Shown here one piece after another: positions 1 through 10,355 of a stretch of 64,000 nucleotides of DNA. A model generated the notes under the pieces. That model did no database searches, had not been told where the DNA came from, and saw only the letters and a list, made by a program, of their open reading frames with translations. A program made the position numbers and the translations under genes. Position 1 is the stretch's first letter; each line of letters opens with the position of its first letter. This stretch comes from Planctomycetaceae bacterium (GTDB lineage: Bacteria > Planctomycetota > Planctomycetia > Planctomycetales > Planctomycetaceae): assembly GCA_041398905.1 (NCBI GenBank), contig JAWKTV010000001.1:582621-646620 (forward strand), in the 5' to 3' direction.

Positions 1-1
1 A

Positions 2-877
2 GTCATCGCGTCGCCGGAGATCGACGCGGTGGTGATCGCATTGCCGCACCCGTTGCATGTGCGGTACGGGCTGGCGGCACTCGCCGCCGGTAAGCATGTC
101 CATATGCAAAAGCCGCTGAGTACATCGCTGGAGGACGCGGAGGCGTTCGTGCAGGCCGCGGAGGCGACCGACCGCACGGTGCTGTGCCTGCCGTACGTCG
201 CCCGCCCCAATGTACTGGCGGCCCGCGCGCTGATTGCCGCCGGCAACATCGGCACCGTCGCATCCGCGCACGCCCGCTTCAGCCACGGTGGACCGGAAGT
301 CTACTACGCGACCGTGCAGGCGATATTGGAGGAGGAGCCGGAGGATGAACTCTGGTTCTTCGACGCCGCGAAGGCGGACGTCGGGGCGTTGTTCGACATG
401 GGCGTTTACGCCATCGCGCACCTGGTCGCGATCTGCGGCGCGGTGACTCACGTCACCTGCCGCATGTCGACCGTCGCCAAGCCGACCCAACTTGAAGACA
501 CCGCCGCCGTTCTACTCGACTTCGAGGGGGGAGCGATTGGCACCGCCGAAACCGGGTGGACCGACGGAGCACGGACCTATGGATTCTCCGTTCACGGGAC
601 GACCGGCAAGCTGGTCAATCCGCCGCTGACCGGCGACCTCAACTGGCTGCGGCCCACCTCACTGGTCGACGAAGACGCTCCGCTCGCCAGCGAGACCATC
701 GACCTGACCAGCTATCCCAACACCCATTCGCATCAGCACTGGGTTGACTGCATTCGTGCCGGTCGGCAACCGGAGATCACCAATGCCCGCATGGCCAGGC
801 ATGTGACGGAGGTGCTGCTGCGGGCCCGTGAGTCGGCCCGGCTTGGTCGCACGGTGGAGATCGAGTCGCGACTTTGA
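2..877 (+). CDS. Gfo/Idh/MocA family oxidoreductase (5' end lies outside window)
   Basis: The frame is open from nt 2 (VIASPEIDAVVIALPHPLHV...), so the N-terminal Rossmann part is cut by the window edge. AAGKHVHMQKPL and the following alpha/beta dimerisation-type region are typical of the family. Stop is TGA at 875-877. Confidence 0.85.
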   Translation, partial: VIASPEIDAVVIALPHPLHVRYGLAALAAGKHVHMQKPLSTSLEDAEAFVQAAEATDRTVLCLPYVARPNVLAARALIAAGNIGTVASAHARFSHGGPEVYYATVQAILEEEPEDELWFFDAAKADVGALFDMGVYAIAHLVAICGAVTHVTCRMSTVAKPTQLEDTAAVLLDFEGGAIGTAETGWTDGARTYGFSVHGTTGKLVNPPLTGDLNWLRPTSLVDEDAPLASETIDLTSYPNTHSHQHWVDCIRAGRQPEITNARMARHVTEVLLRARESARLGRTVEIESRL

Positions 878-1121
878 AGCGGTCCGCAGCAGATGATGCG
901 GCGAGACCTGACCGCCGTCCGCTTGGAGCGGCAGCTTCTGCTGATCGCAAGTTGTGCATAATCGGTAGACTTGCGCCGAATCGCCAGATTTTTCCCAACC
1001 GGACCAACCGTCACGACCGATAACAGAGATACCGCCTCATATCTCGGGGATGGTCTGTTTCGTGACGTGCGCCCGTCAGATGGCGGGCAGGACGATTCGC
1101 AAGGGAATGCGGAAGGATACC

Positions 1122-2750
1122 ATGACTGGACGCCTCTTCAGCCTGTTCCTGCTGATCGTCGCCTGTTCGCCCGCCCGGCCGGCCTTCGCGCAGGCGATGC
1201 CTTGGAACCAGGGGTACGGCAACAACGGCTACGGCATCCCCGCGTCCGTCGCCGGGCACCCGGGCGATCCGCTGGGGGGCACCACGTATCCACAATGGGG
1301 CGATCCGCCATTCAGCGGGGGAGCTCTCTACTCCAACGACACGGTCGACGGCAACTACCACGCCGCCGGCTCCCCGGGGCACCTGGGCTATCCCGATGCC
1401 TACGGCCAACCGCTGGGCAGCGGCCCGTACTATCCACCTGGTGCGGCGGCAGGCATCGGCTACAAGCCCCCCTTCAGCCCACAGTACGCGACGGACCTGC
1501 CTTACCAGGGACAGGGGCCGAAGCCCGAAAACATCTATGAAATGCTGCCCGCCGATCGTGGGCTGCTGTACGACGAAGACATCGCGTTTCTCAAAACGCG
1601 CCGTGATGCGATGATTGGTGCCTACGCCCGGCTCGAGTACGTCGCCTGGCGCATGCAGAACCCCGGGCACACCTTGCTCGGGGCTCCGATCGCCGGCCTC
1701 GACAACCCCCGCGATCCGTTTGTCGTGCAGTTGTTCGATGCGACGGGAAACCTCAACGCCGTCGGCACCGCGCGAGTCGCCGACCTGGGACCGGTCAACC
1801 TGGAGAACATGAACGGCACCCGCTTCGCGTGGGGCGTGCCGACCGAGTTCGGAGAGATTGAGGGCAATGTGTGGGGACTGGCGAACAAGTCCCGGTTTGG
1901 GGCCGCTGAACTGCTGGAACCGCCCAACACCTCCGCCCTCCCCACGAACCCCAACGCCCGGTTGATCGCCACCAGTCTCCTCGACAACGGCGACCCCAGC
2001 TCCCTTTTGATCCTCTACGATCGCGACTTCCGCGTCACCTACGATGTCGAGACGTTCGGCACCGAGTTCAACATCGCCCGCAACATGCGAACCTCGCAAG
2101 ACGGCTTCGTGCTGCAAAGCCTGTTCGGCTTCCGTTACATGGGCCACACCGAAGCAATGACGCAACAAGGCTCCTTCGACAATCGTTCGAGCCTCGACAA
2201 CCCGAATCCGCTGCCGCCGATTATTCCCGTCAACCAGCTCACCACTCCCGTCGACAACGGCATTTTCTCCGAAGCCCGCAACCGGGTCTTCTCACTGCAG
2301 TTCGGCTTGAAGTCGGAGTACCGCAATCGCTGGTTCGCCGTCGGCATCGCTCCGAAAGTCGCCTTCGGTGCGAACCATTACAAGGCGGCCGTCATGACCT
2401 CCAACCTCCGCGATTCGCCAGCGATCATCGATCCCGCGAACACGGGACCGATCTCGACATTGCCCGGCGTACAGGATGACGGCACCGTCCTCACCAGCCT
2501 CACCCGCAACGAATTCACTCCCACCTTCGACCTCGGACTGTACGCCCGCGTCAATCCGACCGAGTGGCTGTCGCTGCATGTGGGCTACAACCTGCTGTGG
2601 ATGGACAACATCGCCCGCGCCGACGAAATCGTCTACTACAACGATGTCGGTCTCGATCGGCCACCGGCTGTCGTGGCGAAGCCGCACACCGCCGACATGT
2701 GGATGCAGGGAATCTCGATTGGCGGTCAGATCACGCTGCCCCGCCGCTAA
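1122..2750 (+). CDS. secreted outer-membrane beta-barrel-like protein (BBP7-like, family call tentative)
   Basis: Lies in ORF 1050..2750. The ATG at 1122 is preceded by AAGGA and gives the signal peptide MTGRLFSLFLLIVACSPARPAFA. A G/Y/P-rich N-region is followed by alternating-hydrophobic strands ending ...WMQGISIGGQITL. Confidence 0.7.
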   Translation: MTGRLFSLFLLIVACSPARPAFAQAMPWNQGYGNNGYGIPASVAGHPGDPLGGTTYPQWGDPPFSGGALYSNDTVDGNYHAAGSPGHLGYPDAYGQPLGSGPYYPPGAAAGIGYKPPFSPQYATDLPYQGQGPKPENIYEMLPADRGLLYDEDIAFLKTRRDAMIGAYARLEYVAWRMQNPGHTLLGAPIAGLDNPRDPFVVQLFDATGNLNAVGTARVADLGPVNLENMNGTRFAWGVPTEFGEIEGNVWGLANKSRFGAAELLEPPNTSALPTNPNARLIATSLLDNGDPSSLLILYDRDFRVTYDVETFGTEFNIARNMRTSQDGFVLQSLFGFRYMGHTEAMTQQGSFDNRSSLDNPNPLPPIIPVNQLTTPVDNGIFSEARNRVFSLQFGLKSEYRNRWFAVGIAPKVAFGANHYKAAVMTSNLRDSPAIIDPANTGPISTLPGVQDDGTVLTSLTRNEFTPTFDLGLYARVNPTEWLSLHVGYNLLWMDNIARADEIVYYNDVGLDRPPAVVAKPHTADMWMQGISIGGQITLPRR

Positions 2751-2940
2751 AGCGGACCGCATGAGAGTGGGCACGTGCTCGATGCATGCGAAATGCGGCA
2801 GAGTCGTCGCTGGGTGGCGGCGGGTGACGCGGACACCCCGCGATCGCGGAAGGCTCCGATGTCGTACGCGTTCCCAACGGGGGGTTCCTGCGGCGTGCCC
2901 TCGACACTTCAACCATTCCGAATAGCCGGGTTTCCGCGGC

Positions 2941-3798
2941 TCAGTGCGACATCGCGTAGAACAGGATGTTGATACCCATCGGATACGCCTTCGGCTCGGA
3001 GAAGTTCTTGAAGTAGTCGATGTTCTCTCCTTCTCGCTCCCAGCCGTCCCCCAGGTCGGTGTTGTGGCAGATCATGGCCATGATCCGCCCTTCATCATCA
3101 ACGATCGCGCGGTAATGCACTTCGCTGGCGTCGGGACGTTCGTAGGTATAACCGCTCAGGGCGACGCCAATCGCGGGAACCTGCGGCGGCTCGTCGAGTT
3201 CGTAGACGCAATGAAAAATCTCGTGGCTGGCGTCAAGATCAACCGGCTCGCGATCGGGAAACACCCGCTTCAGCTCGCGATAGAACTCGGCCCACTCGTC
3301 TTCGCCCCAGAAATCGTCGACCATCAGAAAGCCGCCGTTGTCGGTACTGCCGCAGCGAGTACTTCCTCGTCTGAGAAATTCAGGCCTGTCCCCGGGTAGC
3401 CCCGGTCGCCACCCGGCTCGATGATGTAGATGAACGGCTGGTCGAACAGCCGGGGATCGGTCAGCTCAATCGTCACCGGCCAGGGATTGACTTTCAGGGC
3501 CGTCAACTGCTGCAGTCGAAACGAGAAGTTCAGATCGCTGTCCGGCCAGTCGGTCCGCCACTTGGACCGCCAGCCACCCCGTAAGCGTTGTACAGAATCC
3601 GGGTGAAGGTGAACGCATCGTGCGGGAACTCCGGATCACGCTCCCACTCGGGAACGCCGTTGCGGTCGTAGACGATCTCCGGACCGCGGTAGGCGGCCCG
3701 TCCCCCCGGCCACCTTGTGAGAACGGAGACTGGGCCTGTGCCAGACAGAGTCCGGCGAGCAGTAAACAAGCGAGGGGCTGGAGCAACTGTCGCCGCAT
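2941..3798 (-). pseudogene. DUF4159 domain protein, reading frame broken at least 3 times (possible assembly indels)
   Basis: Four in-order fragments lie in successive minus frames. They are: MRRQLLQPLACLLLAGLCLAQA signal peptide (from 3798); WPGGRAAYRGPEIVYDRNGVPEWERDPEFPHDAFTFTRILYNAYG; GWRSKWRTDWPDSDLNFSFRLQQLTALKVNPWPVTIELTDPRLFDQPFIYIIEPGG; then MVDDFWGEDEW...NTDLGDGWERE...INILFYAMSH. The joints are near 3715, 3578 (a G-run) and 3335-3350. Confidence 0.8.
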
Positions 3799-4169
3799 AC
3801 TGAGCCTTTCTGCACCGAGCGTGAGAGACCACCGCTTACGCGATTCTAGCAGCCCCCTGCCGCGCTGACGACACGCCGCCGCTGATAACCCGTGTCCGCC
3901 TGCGACTCGGCTGACTCCAGAACGCCCCGCTCTTAAGGTCCGCCCCGCACCGCGGCCTGCGACTACGGCGGACATTGCCGATGCGCGGCCCTAAACGGCC
4001 TTGAATCGATCGCACGTCTTGCCGCTGGCGTCATCGTCCTGCTAGGGTCCGGGCCACACTTCGACTGATCCCGGGGAACTCACCCATGCGGGACTCGCAT
4101 GCGTTCCTTCCGCCGGTTCCTCGCCGGTGCCGCGACTCCTGCAAATCCTCCCTCACCAGGGAAGCCGTC

Positions 4170-5119
4170 ATGCCCAGCCGACTCGTTCGCTTCGTTGATC
4201 TGACTCGTTGCCTGTTGCTGCTGACGCTGGCCTTGCCGGCCTGCGGTTGCGGCATGGGTGCCGGCTATCGGCAAAACCAGATCGGGAAGCGGCAGTTTGA
4301 CGCCGGCGACTACACGGCGGCGCGTCGCAGCTTTGAACGGGCAATGATCAACCACCCGTACAACTCCGACTACGCCTACAACGTCGCGGCCGCAATGGAG
4401 CGTCAGGGTGACAGCCTGGCGGCCGAGCAGATGTATGAGCATGCTTTGACGATCGATCCATCGCACCAGCCATCGTACCGTGCGATGGCGAATCTGCTGG
4501 TCGAGGAAGGCCGCAGCGATGAAGCACACGAACTGATTACCGCCTGGACGGAAGCCCAACCGCAGAACCCGGAAACCCGCATCGAGATGGCCTGGCTGCA
4601 ACAACGAACCGCCGAAGACTTCGGGATGGACGACGACCAGGGCGATGCATACGCGGAGCGACCGGAGCACCGTACGAGATGGATCCGATGGGCCTCGCGT
4701 ATAGCCAGCCGAGTCGCTATGGACGGGCAGCGGGCTTCTATGGTGAGTCGCCGTTCGATCGCAGCCAGCCGTTGATGCAACCGTCGATGCAGCCGCACAT
4801 GGCGGCGATGCCGATGGGCGGTTACGGTTCGCCAGCGCCGAGATCGCTCGACAGATGCGGTCCGGGAACCCCAGCTTCGTCGCGTACACGAATCACGCGA
4901 CCGTTGCGGGGCCACAGCCGCTGACCCCGCGACTGATCCCGGCCAGCCGCCCGGCCTACCCGACGATATGGAGCAGGCCCGCAGCCAGCTCCGATCGTCT
5001 CCCAGACATCCCAGCCGCAGGTCTGGTCGACGCACCCGCTGCCGAACAGCGGAGTGCAGCAGGTGGGGTACCAGATGCAGCCGAGTGTGCCGACGCCGCC
5101 GGTCGTGCAGGCGTTCTAA
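4170..5119 (+). pseudogene. TPR-repeat lipoprotein with P/Q/M-rich tail, frameshifted (2 clear breaks, probably 4)
   Basis: MPSRLVRFVDLTRCLLLLTLALPAC carries a lipobox (LPAC). TPR-like helices follow (AGDYTAARRSFERAM..., SLAAEQMYEHALTIDPSH..., RSDEAHELITAWTEAQPQN). The sequence continues in other frames (PYEMDPMGLAYSQPSRYG..., EIARQMRSGNPSFVAYTNH..., ...QQVGYQMQPSVPTPPVVQAF, stop 5117-5119). Breaks are near 4660, 4850, about 4965 and about 4995. Confidence 0.6.
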
Positions 5120-5243
5120 AGTCCGTCCGCAGACCGTTCCCGCAGTCACCATGGTAGACGCAGTGGGGCGACCGTCCGCTGCGGAGAACGCACTGCGCGA
5201 GAAATCGTACTTTGCATCCCGATCGTGTTCCGCGCAGTGAACA

Positions 5244-5273
5244 ACCCCGGTGACCGAAGCTCGGTACCGGGGT
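5244..5273 (-). terminator. GC-rich compound hairpin between convergent genes (terminator candidate)
   Basis: The sequence is ACCCCGGT-G-ACCGA-AGC-TCGGT-ACCGGGGT: an 8-bp outer stem plus a 5-bp inner stem. It sits 36 nt past the EF-hand gene stop and 125 nt past the TPR gene stop. There is no clear U-tract. Confidence 0.4.
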
Positions 5274-5309
5274 CGCGGGGAGATACAGTGACTGCCATGC
5301 CGTGAGTGA

Positions 5310-6368
5310 TCAGGTGGCGTCTCTCTCGGGACGGTCTTCTTCGCGTGCCGGACGCTCGCCGTCGCGGGGGCCTTCACCTTCGCGTGCCGGACGTTCGCCG
5401 TCACGGGGGCCTTCACCTTCGCGTGCCGGCCGTTCGCGGTCACGGGGGCCTTCACCTTCGCGTGCCGGACGTTCGCCGTCGCGGGCTGGTCGTTCACCTT
5501 CGCGCGGGCCGAATCCGGGACGACCTTCGCCCTCGCGTGGCGGGGGCCCCATCAGCTCACGCGAATCCAGCTCACCATCCTTGTTCTGGTCGAGTTGTTC
5601 AAATCGTTCGATCGCATTGCGCAGCTCGTCGCGGTTGAGCCGGCCATCGTCGTTAAGATCGAACACGCGGAGGAAGGCTGGTCGGAAGCCAGGCTGCGGC
5701 CCGCCTTCACCCTCAGGACGTGGACGGTCGCCTTCCGGACGTGGACGATCACCCTCCGGTCGCGGACGATCACCTTCAGGACGCGGACGGTCGCCTTCGG
5801 GACGCGGACGGTCGCCCTCCGGTCGCGGACGATCACCTTCAGGACGTGGACGATCTCCTTCCGGACGTGGGCGGTCGCCTTCACGTTGACCGGCAGCGGC
5901 GATCCGTTCGGCGAGTCGCTCCAGGTTGATCGACTCTTGACCGGTCTGTTCGAGCATCCGCTCGAACCGTTCGCGTGCCTGTTCGGGAACCTCGTCAAGC
6001 GTGACGATCCCGTCTTTGTTCGCGTCGAACTCCTTCAGCCGGGCGAGCATCTCGCCGTTGGGCCGACGCTGTCCTTCGGCTCCCGGTCGTTCCTGCGGAC
6101 GGCCTTCGCCACGAGGGCCGGACTCCCGCATGGCTGCTCCAAACTCGGCGAGGCTCAGCTTGCCGTCGTCGTTCTGGTCACCCACCCGGGCGAGGCGTTC
6201 GAAGAAACGGGCCTGCTCTTCCGGTACTTCGTCCTTGGAGACGAGTCCGTCCCCATTACTGTCGAGCCGGGAGAAGAGTTCCCCCCCTTCTCTCGGCTTG
6301 TCGTCCGCGGTGATCGCAGCCCCGCCGCAGGCGAGAAGTGCCGCCATGGTCCAGGTGAGTCGCTTCAT
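5310..6368 (-). CDS. secreted EF-hand calcium-binding protein with tandem peptide repeats
   Basis: MKRLTWTMAALLACGGAAITA is a signal peptide starting at the ATG at 6368. Five canonical EF loops are present: DSNGDGLVSKDE, DQNDDGKLSLAE, DANKDGIVTLDE, DLNDDGRLNRDE, DQNKDGELDSRE. It also carries (EGDRPRP)x8 and GERPAREGEGPRD-type repeats. Confidence 0.9.
   Translation of the reverse strand: MKRLTWTMAALLACGGAAITADDKPREGGELFSRLDSNGDGLVSKDEVPEEQARFFERLARVGDQNDDGKLSLAEFGAAMRESGPRGEGRPQERPGAEGQRRPNGEMLARLKEFDANKDGIVTLDEVPEQARERFERMLEQTGQESINLERLAERIAAAGQREGDRPRPEGDRPRPEGDRPRPEGDRPRPEGDRPRPEGDRPRPEGDRPRPEGDRPRPEGEGGPQPGFRPAFLRVFDLNDDGRLNRDELRNAIERFEQLDQNKDGELDSRELMGPPPREGEGRPGFGPREGERPARDGERPAREGEGPRDRERPAREGEGPRDGERPAREGEGPRDGERPAREEDRPERDAT
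5342..5500 (-). repeat. about 4 tandem 39-bp units (last unit 42 bp) encoding GERPAREGEGPRD-type repeats
   Basis: Units start at 5342, 5381, 5420 and 5459 (cgcgtgccggacg[ct]tcgccgtc[ag]cgggggccttcacctt). They are nearly identical, in frame, and lie inside the EF-hand gene. Confidence 0.9.
5706..5882 (-). repeat. 21-bp tandem array (about 8.4 units) encoding (EGDRPRP)x8
   Basis: Units run 5727-5747, 5748-5768 ... 5853-5873. All translate to RPRPEGD but differ at synonymous third positions (cca/ccg, cgt/cga, gaa/gag, ggc/ggt/gga, gac/gat). Confidence 0.95.
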
Positions 6369-6480
6369 GGATCGCCCCTTGTTCGTGAGAAATGATGACG
6401 AATTGTCGGTTTCGAAGGTTCGCTCGCCCAACGGCCTGAATCCGGCGAGCAGTGCGGTGGTGTTCGTGAGAGCCTCCCAG

Positions 6481-6520
6481 CGAAAACAGCCGCCTGAGGG
6501 TTAAACCCGGCAGGCGGCTG
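6481..6520 (-). terminator. rho-independent terminator downstream of the 6604..8335 gene
   Basis: The minus-sense RNA reads CAGCCGCCUG-(14-nt loop)-CAGGCGGCUG followed directly by UUUUCG. The stem is a perfect 10-bp GC-rich pairing, 84 nt after the stop at 6604 and about 115 nt before the next start at 6368. Confidence 0.7.
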
Positions 6521-6603
6521 CAAGTGTCGTCAAGAATCACAAAATGCAGTTCAGGGCCGTACTGCGATACAGGTTCGACTCCCGAACAGCGTTTCGGCGA
6601 GCA

Positions 6604-8335
6604 CTACGGCTGCAGCTTCAGGCTGAAGCCCTTCATGTAAACGCCGTTCGCATCCGGTACGCTGTAGCTGCCGGTCAGACCGAAGTACTTCCGCAACGCG
6701 GAGTAGTCCGGCATGATGGAGGCATCGAACTCGTCGTCCTGCGCCATCCCCTGCTTGACCATCTCGTAGATGGTCTCCATCACCTCATCCTGCCGCTGAA
6801 ATGCCAGCGTCGAGACCTGTGCGGGGAGGTGTTCCGCGACGCGGGCGAAGTCCGCCGAACCGGCGAGACTTTCTTCCGGCTCGCGCAGGAAGGACTCCAG
6901 CAGTTCGACATTCGTCGAGAACATCAGCGTGTTGTTGGCAAGTGCGGCCGACGGGGCCACCTGACCATTGCCGTCGCCCTCGTAAATCTTGACACCGCGG
7001 AATTCGCGGATGTTCACGTTGGCCCCTCCATGCTCATCACCTTGAGAGCACCTCCTCCATTCGCTGTTGATCGTTGACACCGAACAGGAAGACCATCCGC
7101 TGCTCAGGGTTGTTGAAGTCCTTCGGCAGCTCCTGGATCAGATGGATCCGGCCGGTCAGCAGATCGATGAAGTCCTGCTTGGGATGGATGCCCGGGCCCT
7201 CTTCCGATTCCTCGGCTTCGTCCATCATGTTGTCGAAGGTGCCCGGTGCGGTGAAGAAGTCCCAGGTCTCCTGCACGGCGGTGTAGGCACCCTGCACGTC
7301 CCAGTTCACGACGTTGATGTTCGACGTCGTCGCCGGGACGAACTTCGGCGGGGTCAAATCGGCGACGGGGCACTCGAGCGCACGCAGCACGCCGGTGGTG
7401 GGCTGCTTCACGTAGATCACCGAGTGAGAGACCATGTCAAATTCTTCAGTGTTGAAGTCGAGCGTGCCTCCCATGCCCTTCAGCCGATCAAAGCCGAGAA
7501 CCGGCAGGAAGCCCATCACCATCGCCGACTGCATCGCCACTTCGGGACCGGCCGCCTGCATGCCCGACTTGAACAGGCCCAGCGGATTGAAGTACCACGA
7601 GGCGACGGTCGAGTCCGGTCCATCCGGGCTGCAACGGTCGAGGATGTACGCGAACGTCTCGTCATTGGCGAAGGTGCGGTCATGGTCGCCGTCCCAGCGA
7701 ACGAGCACAGCTTCCATCAGTTCCACGCCGCTGCCCACCACGAAGGTGTTGTCCTTGACGAAGTAGGTCAGCGACTTGAACGGCTCATTGGGACCGGCGT
7801 TCTCGTTCGTCCAGACGGTGATCTCCGTCCCCTCGAACTCGTCGGAGCTGCGGGTCAATTCTCCCTGTTCCTCAATCTCGGCCTCGGCCTTCTCCAGCAG
7901 TTCGTCGAGTCGCGCCTGCCCATCGCCCACCTCCATCAGCATCACCACACCGAGCTGCTGTCCGGGAGGTTGCAGCATCGCGAAGGCGACCTGCCCGGAC
8001 GGAATGGTCAGCACGTCGCTCAACGGCATCCCGATTTCTTCCTCCGCCTCAGCCGAGGCCTCTTCAAACTTCCGCATCACCTCCGCGCGAAGGTCGGCGA
8101 GCGCCGGGTCGTGAACCATCTGGCCCATGCCGGTCTCGGAGAAACGCTCGTAGAACTCGTTGACATTCGGAATGTTGACGTACAGCAGAACGTTCGGAGG
8201 CAGCAGCTTCGCTGTCGCCACAGTGTCCGTCGCTTCCGCGACAGCCTGCGCCTGCGCGGGCACCGCCAGCAGGCTCCCCAACAGCAAAGCCAGGCTCAGG
8301 CTGGCGATCCCCCTCACTCGTACAGCAGCAGTCAT
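6604..8335 (-). pseudogene. secreted hypothetical protein (about 575 aa), two closely spaced frame breaks near 7028-7050
   Basis: The ATG at 8335 is preceded by AAGGA and gives MTAAVRVRGIASLSLALLLGSLLAVPAQA, a signal peptide. The long acidic ORF ends ...QQRMEEVLSR*. The sequence continues through a short third-frame piece (KVMSMEG) into ANVNIREFRGVKIYEGDG...KGFSLKLQP. I do not recognise a family with confidence. Confidence 0.75.
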
Positions 8336-8869
8336 GAATTGATCCTTCAAGGTGATTCCCACCAGTCTCGGCCGACGATGTTCGATGGCAACCGAGACCG
8401 CACGATAGTTCGACTTGAACCGCCACAGGTTCATGGGACGCATACGGATTGAGACCAGGAACGGTTCAACCCGAGTTCCGCGAAGCCTGCATTTCCTCAA
8501 ACACGTCGTTTCAAACGCTGTACGCAATGCCAAAGAAACGGCTCCGCACACCGTCCGCTGTGCAGGAGACTCGAACTTTTTCAGCCAGGTTGCAGAAATG
8601 CTCCGCATCCCGCACAGTTTCTTCCGAATGGCTATCTTCGCGGATTCCGCGGCGACTTCGCAAGGGGCGAAGCCATGTTTTGCGACGTTTCGTCGCCCCC
8701 GAGCTGTCAACATCGCTGGGCAACCGAACAGAGTATCCGATAACGTGGTACACAGCCGTGGCGGGGCGGTCTCTGAACCGCCCTGCACGTCTGAGCCGAC
8801 CGCACGACTGGCCTTGGCCGCTGCGGAGATTGAAGCAGTTCCTTCCGACTTTCGTCTGGAACACTGGTC

Positions 8870-10090
8870 GTGGGCATGTTCTTCGTTCCGATCTCATCCG
8901 ACGCGCCGCTGTACTACTTTCCGTGGGCCACGATCGGGTTGATCGCCGCGTGCACACTCGTGTTGTTCGCATCGACCGTCGGCGTGCTCCCGCCTACGGT
9001 GGCACTCGTCTCCGACTACGCCCTCGCACATGGCGACGGACTCCACCCGCTGCAGTGGCTGACCTCCAATTTCCTGCACGATGGTTGGGTCCACCTGATC
9101 GGCAACATGATGTTCCTCTGGGCGTTCGGGCTGATCGTCGAGGGCAAGACTGGCTGGCGGCCTTTCCTCGCCATCTATCTCGGCCTGGGAGCCGCCGAGT
9201 GCTGTGTCGAACAGCTCTGCTTGCCAGCCGGTCCCCCGACGCTGGGAGCCTCGTCCATCGTCTTCGGAATACTGGCGATCGCAGCTATCTGGGCGCCGCG
9301 GAACGGAATTGACTTCGCTTATGGCGGATGGTCACTGCCGCCTTTGCGAATTGAGACGATCAGTATGTCGGTGCTGTCGGTCGGCCTGTTGATGATCGCC
9401 AAGGAAGCGGCGGTCGCGGCGTGGCTGGGCTTCTCGTTAGGCAGTGAGCTTTTCCATCTCGTGGGGGCTGCCCTGGGAGTGGGGGTCGCCTGCTCGATGC
9501 TGCGTGCCCGGCTCGTCGACTGCGAGGGCTGGGACGTATGGACCCTGTGGCGGGGCCGGGACGGTCAGACCCGCCGACCGCTGCAGTCCGATGCCCGCGT
9601 GCTCGACGGTCGGTCGTCCCAGTTCGCCGCCTTGGCTCCCGAGGTCGAGCAGACAAAGCGCACTGATCGCAAGATGCGAGCGTTGAAACGCATCCACAAA
9701 CACCTCGATCTCCCGGACGGCAAAGCGGCCCTCGCGGAACTCCGTCGTACCCGCCGGTTGCTTGATGACTTCGCACTCTCGCGCCGCGACCTCGAACGCC
9801 TGATCAACGCGCTCGAGGCGGAGCAGGCCTGGAGCGAGTTCGTCGAGTGCAATGACGAGTTGCTGACGCGGTTCGAACTGGATGCCCCGTCACTCCGCTT
9901 GCGGTCGGCCGCGCTCTTGATCGCACCGCTCCGCCGTCCCGCCGCCGCCCTCGCGCAGCTCCAGTTAATCGCCCCCGACCAACTCGTCGCCGCCGAGCGA
10001 GCAGAGCATCAACGCCTGCTGATGCTCGCGGAGCGTCAAGTCACGTCCGGTACCATCGAACTGCAGGGGCAGAACTGGGAGTCGCCGTGA
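8870..10090 (+). CDS. rhomboid family intramembrane serine protease with about 190-aa helical C-terminal extension
   Basis: Polytopic N-terminal half carries rhomboid motifs: WVHLIGNMMFLW (HxxxN), the GASSIVFG serine motif and a later H in FHLVGAALG. The start is GTG 8870 or ATG 8876. Confidence 0.85.
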   Translation: MGMFFVPISSDAPLYYFPWATIGLIAACTLVLFASTVGVLPPTVALVSDYALAHGDGLHPLQWLTSNFLHDGWVHLIGNMMFLWAFGLIVEGKTGWRPFLAIYLGLGAAECCVEQLCLPAGPPTLGASSIVFGILAIAAIWAPRNGIDFAYGGWSLPPLRIETISMSVLSVGLLMIAKEAAVAAWLGFSLGSELFHLVGAALGVGVACSMLRARLVDCEGWDVWTLWRGRDGQTRRPLQSDARVLDGRSSQFAALAPEVEQTKRTDRKMRALKRIHKHLDLPDGKAALAELRRTRRLLDDFALSRRDLERLINALEAEQAWSEFVECNDELLTRFELDAPSLRLRSAALLIAPLRRPAAALAQLQLIAPDQLVAAERAEHQRLLMLAERQVTSGTIELQGQNWESP

Positions 10091-10355
10091 ACATTCGGGA
10101 CGAACGCTTTGATCGTTCGCTTGTTGCGGGGTCTTCCGTCCAGCTTGCCGGACCCGTGAATCACCGCTGGCGTCCGGGCGTCGATGTGACATATCCTTCC
10201 ATCGCGACTCAAAGCTCGGCCAGCGTCCCCAACGGGCCGGGCTGATGGAAGCACGGCCAACGCGCCGGCGGACGGCCATCCGGTGGTCGGTTCGATCGCC
10301 GTTCTGACCGTCAGACGGTCGGCCCCCTTGGGCATTTGCACGCAGGAATCGCCAG

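Noticed and set aside
1011-2168. 385-aa ORF antisense to the BBP7-like gene. Similar long antisense or shadow ORFs occur elsewhere: 7067..8452 (+), 10311..11471 (-), 18286..19899 (+), 30603..31932 (+), 35582..36364 (+), 44517..46298 (-), 47017..48069 (-), 50154..51317 (+), 59563..60453 (-).
   Set aside because: Their translations are R/G/P/A/H-rich low-complexity strings with no motifs. Each lies opposite a gene with clear family signatures. Long stop-free antisense frames are expected in DNA this GC-rich.
5342-5882. Regularly spaced 21-bp and 39-bp direct repeats, checked as a possible CRISPR array.
   Set aside because: The units are contiguous with no spacers and sit in frame inside a coding sequence. 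No cas genes or leader are nearby.
5302-5889. 195-aa plus-strand ORF full of SPSRGP / GRGRSPS repeats that could be mistaken for an SR-rich repeat protein.
   Set aside because: It is the reverse-complement reading of the EF-hand gene's tandem repeats. The minus-strand frame has a signal peptide and five canonical EF loops, so the plus-strand ORF is a mirror artefact.
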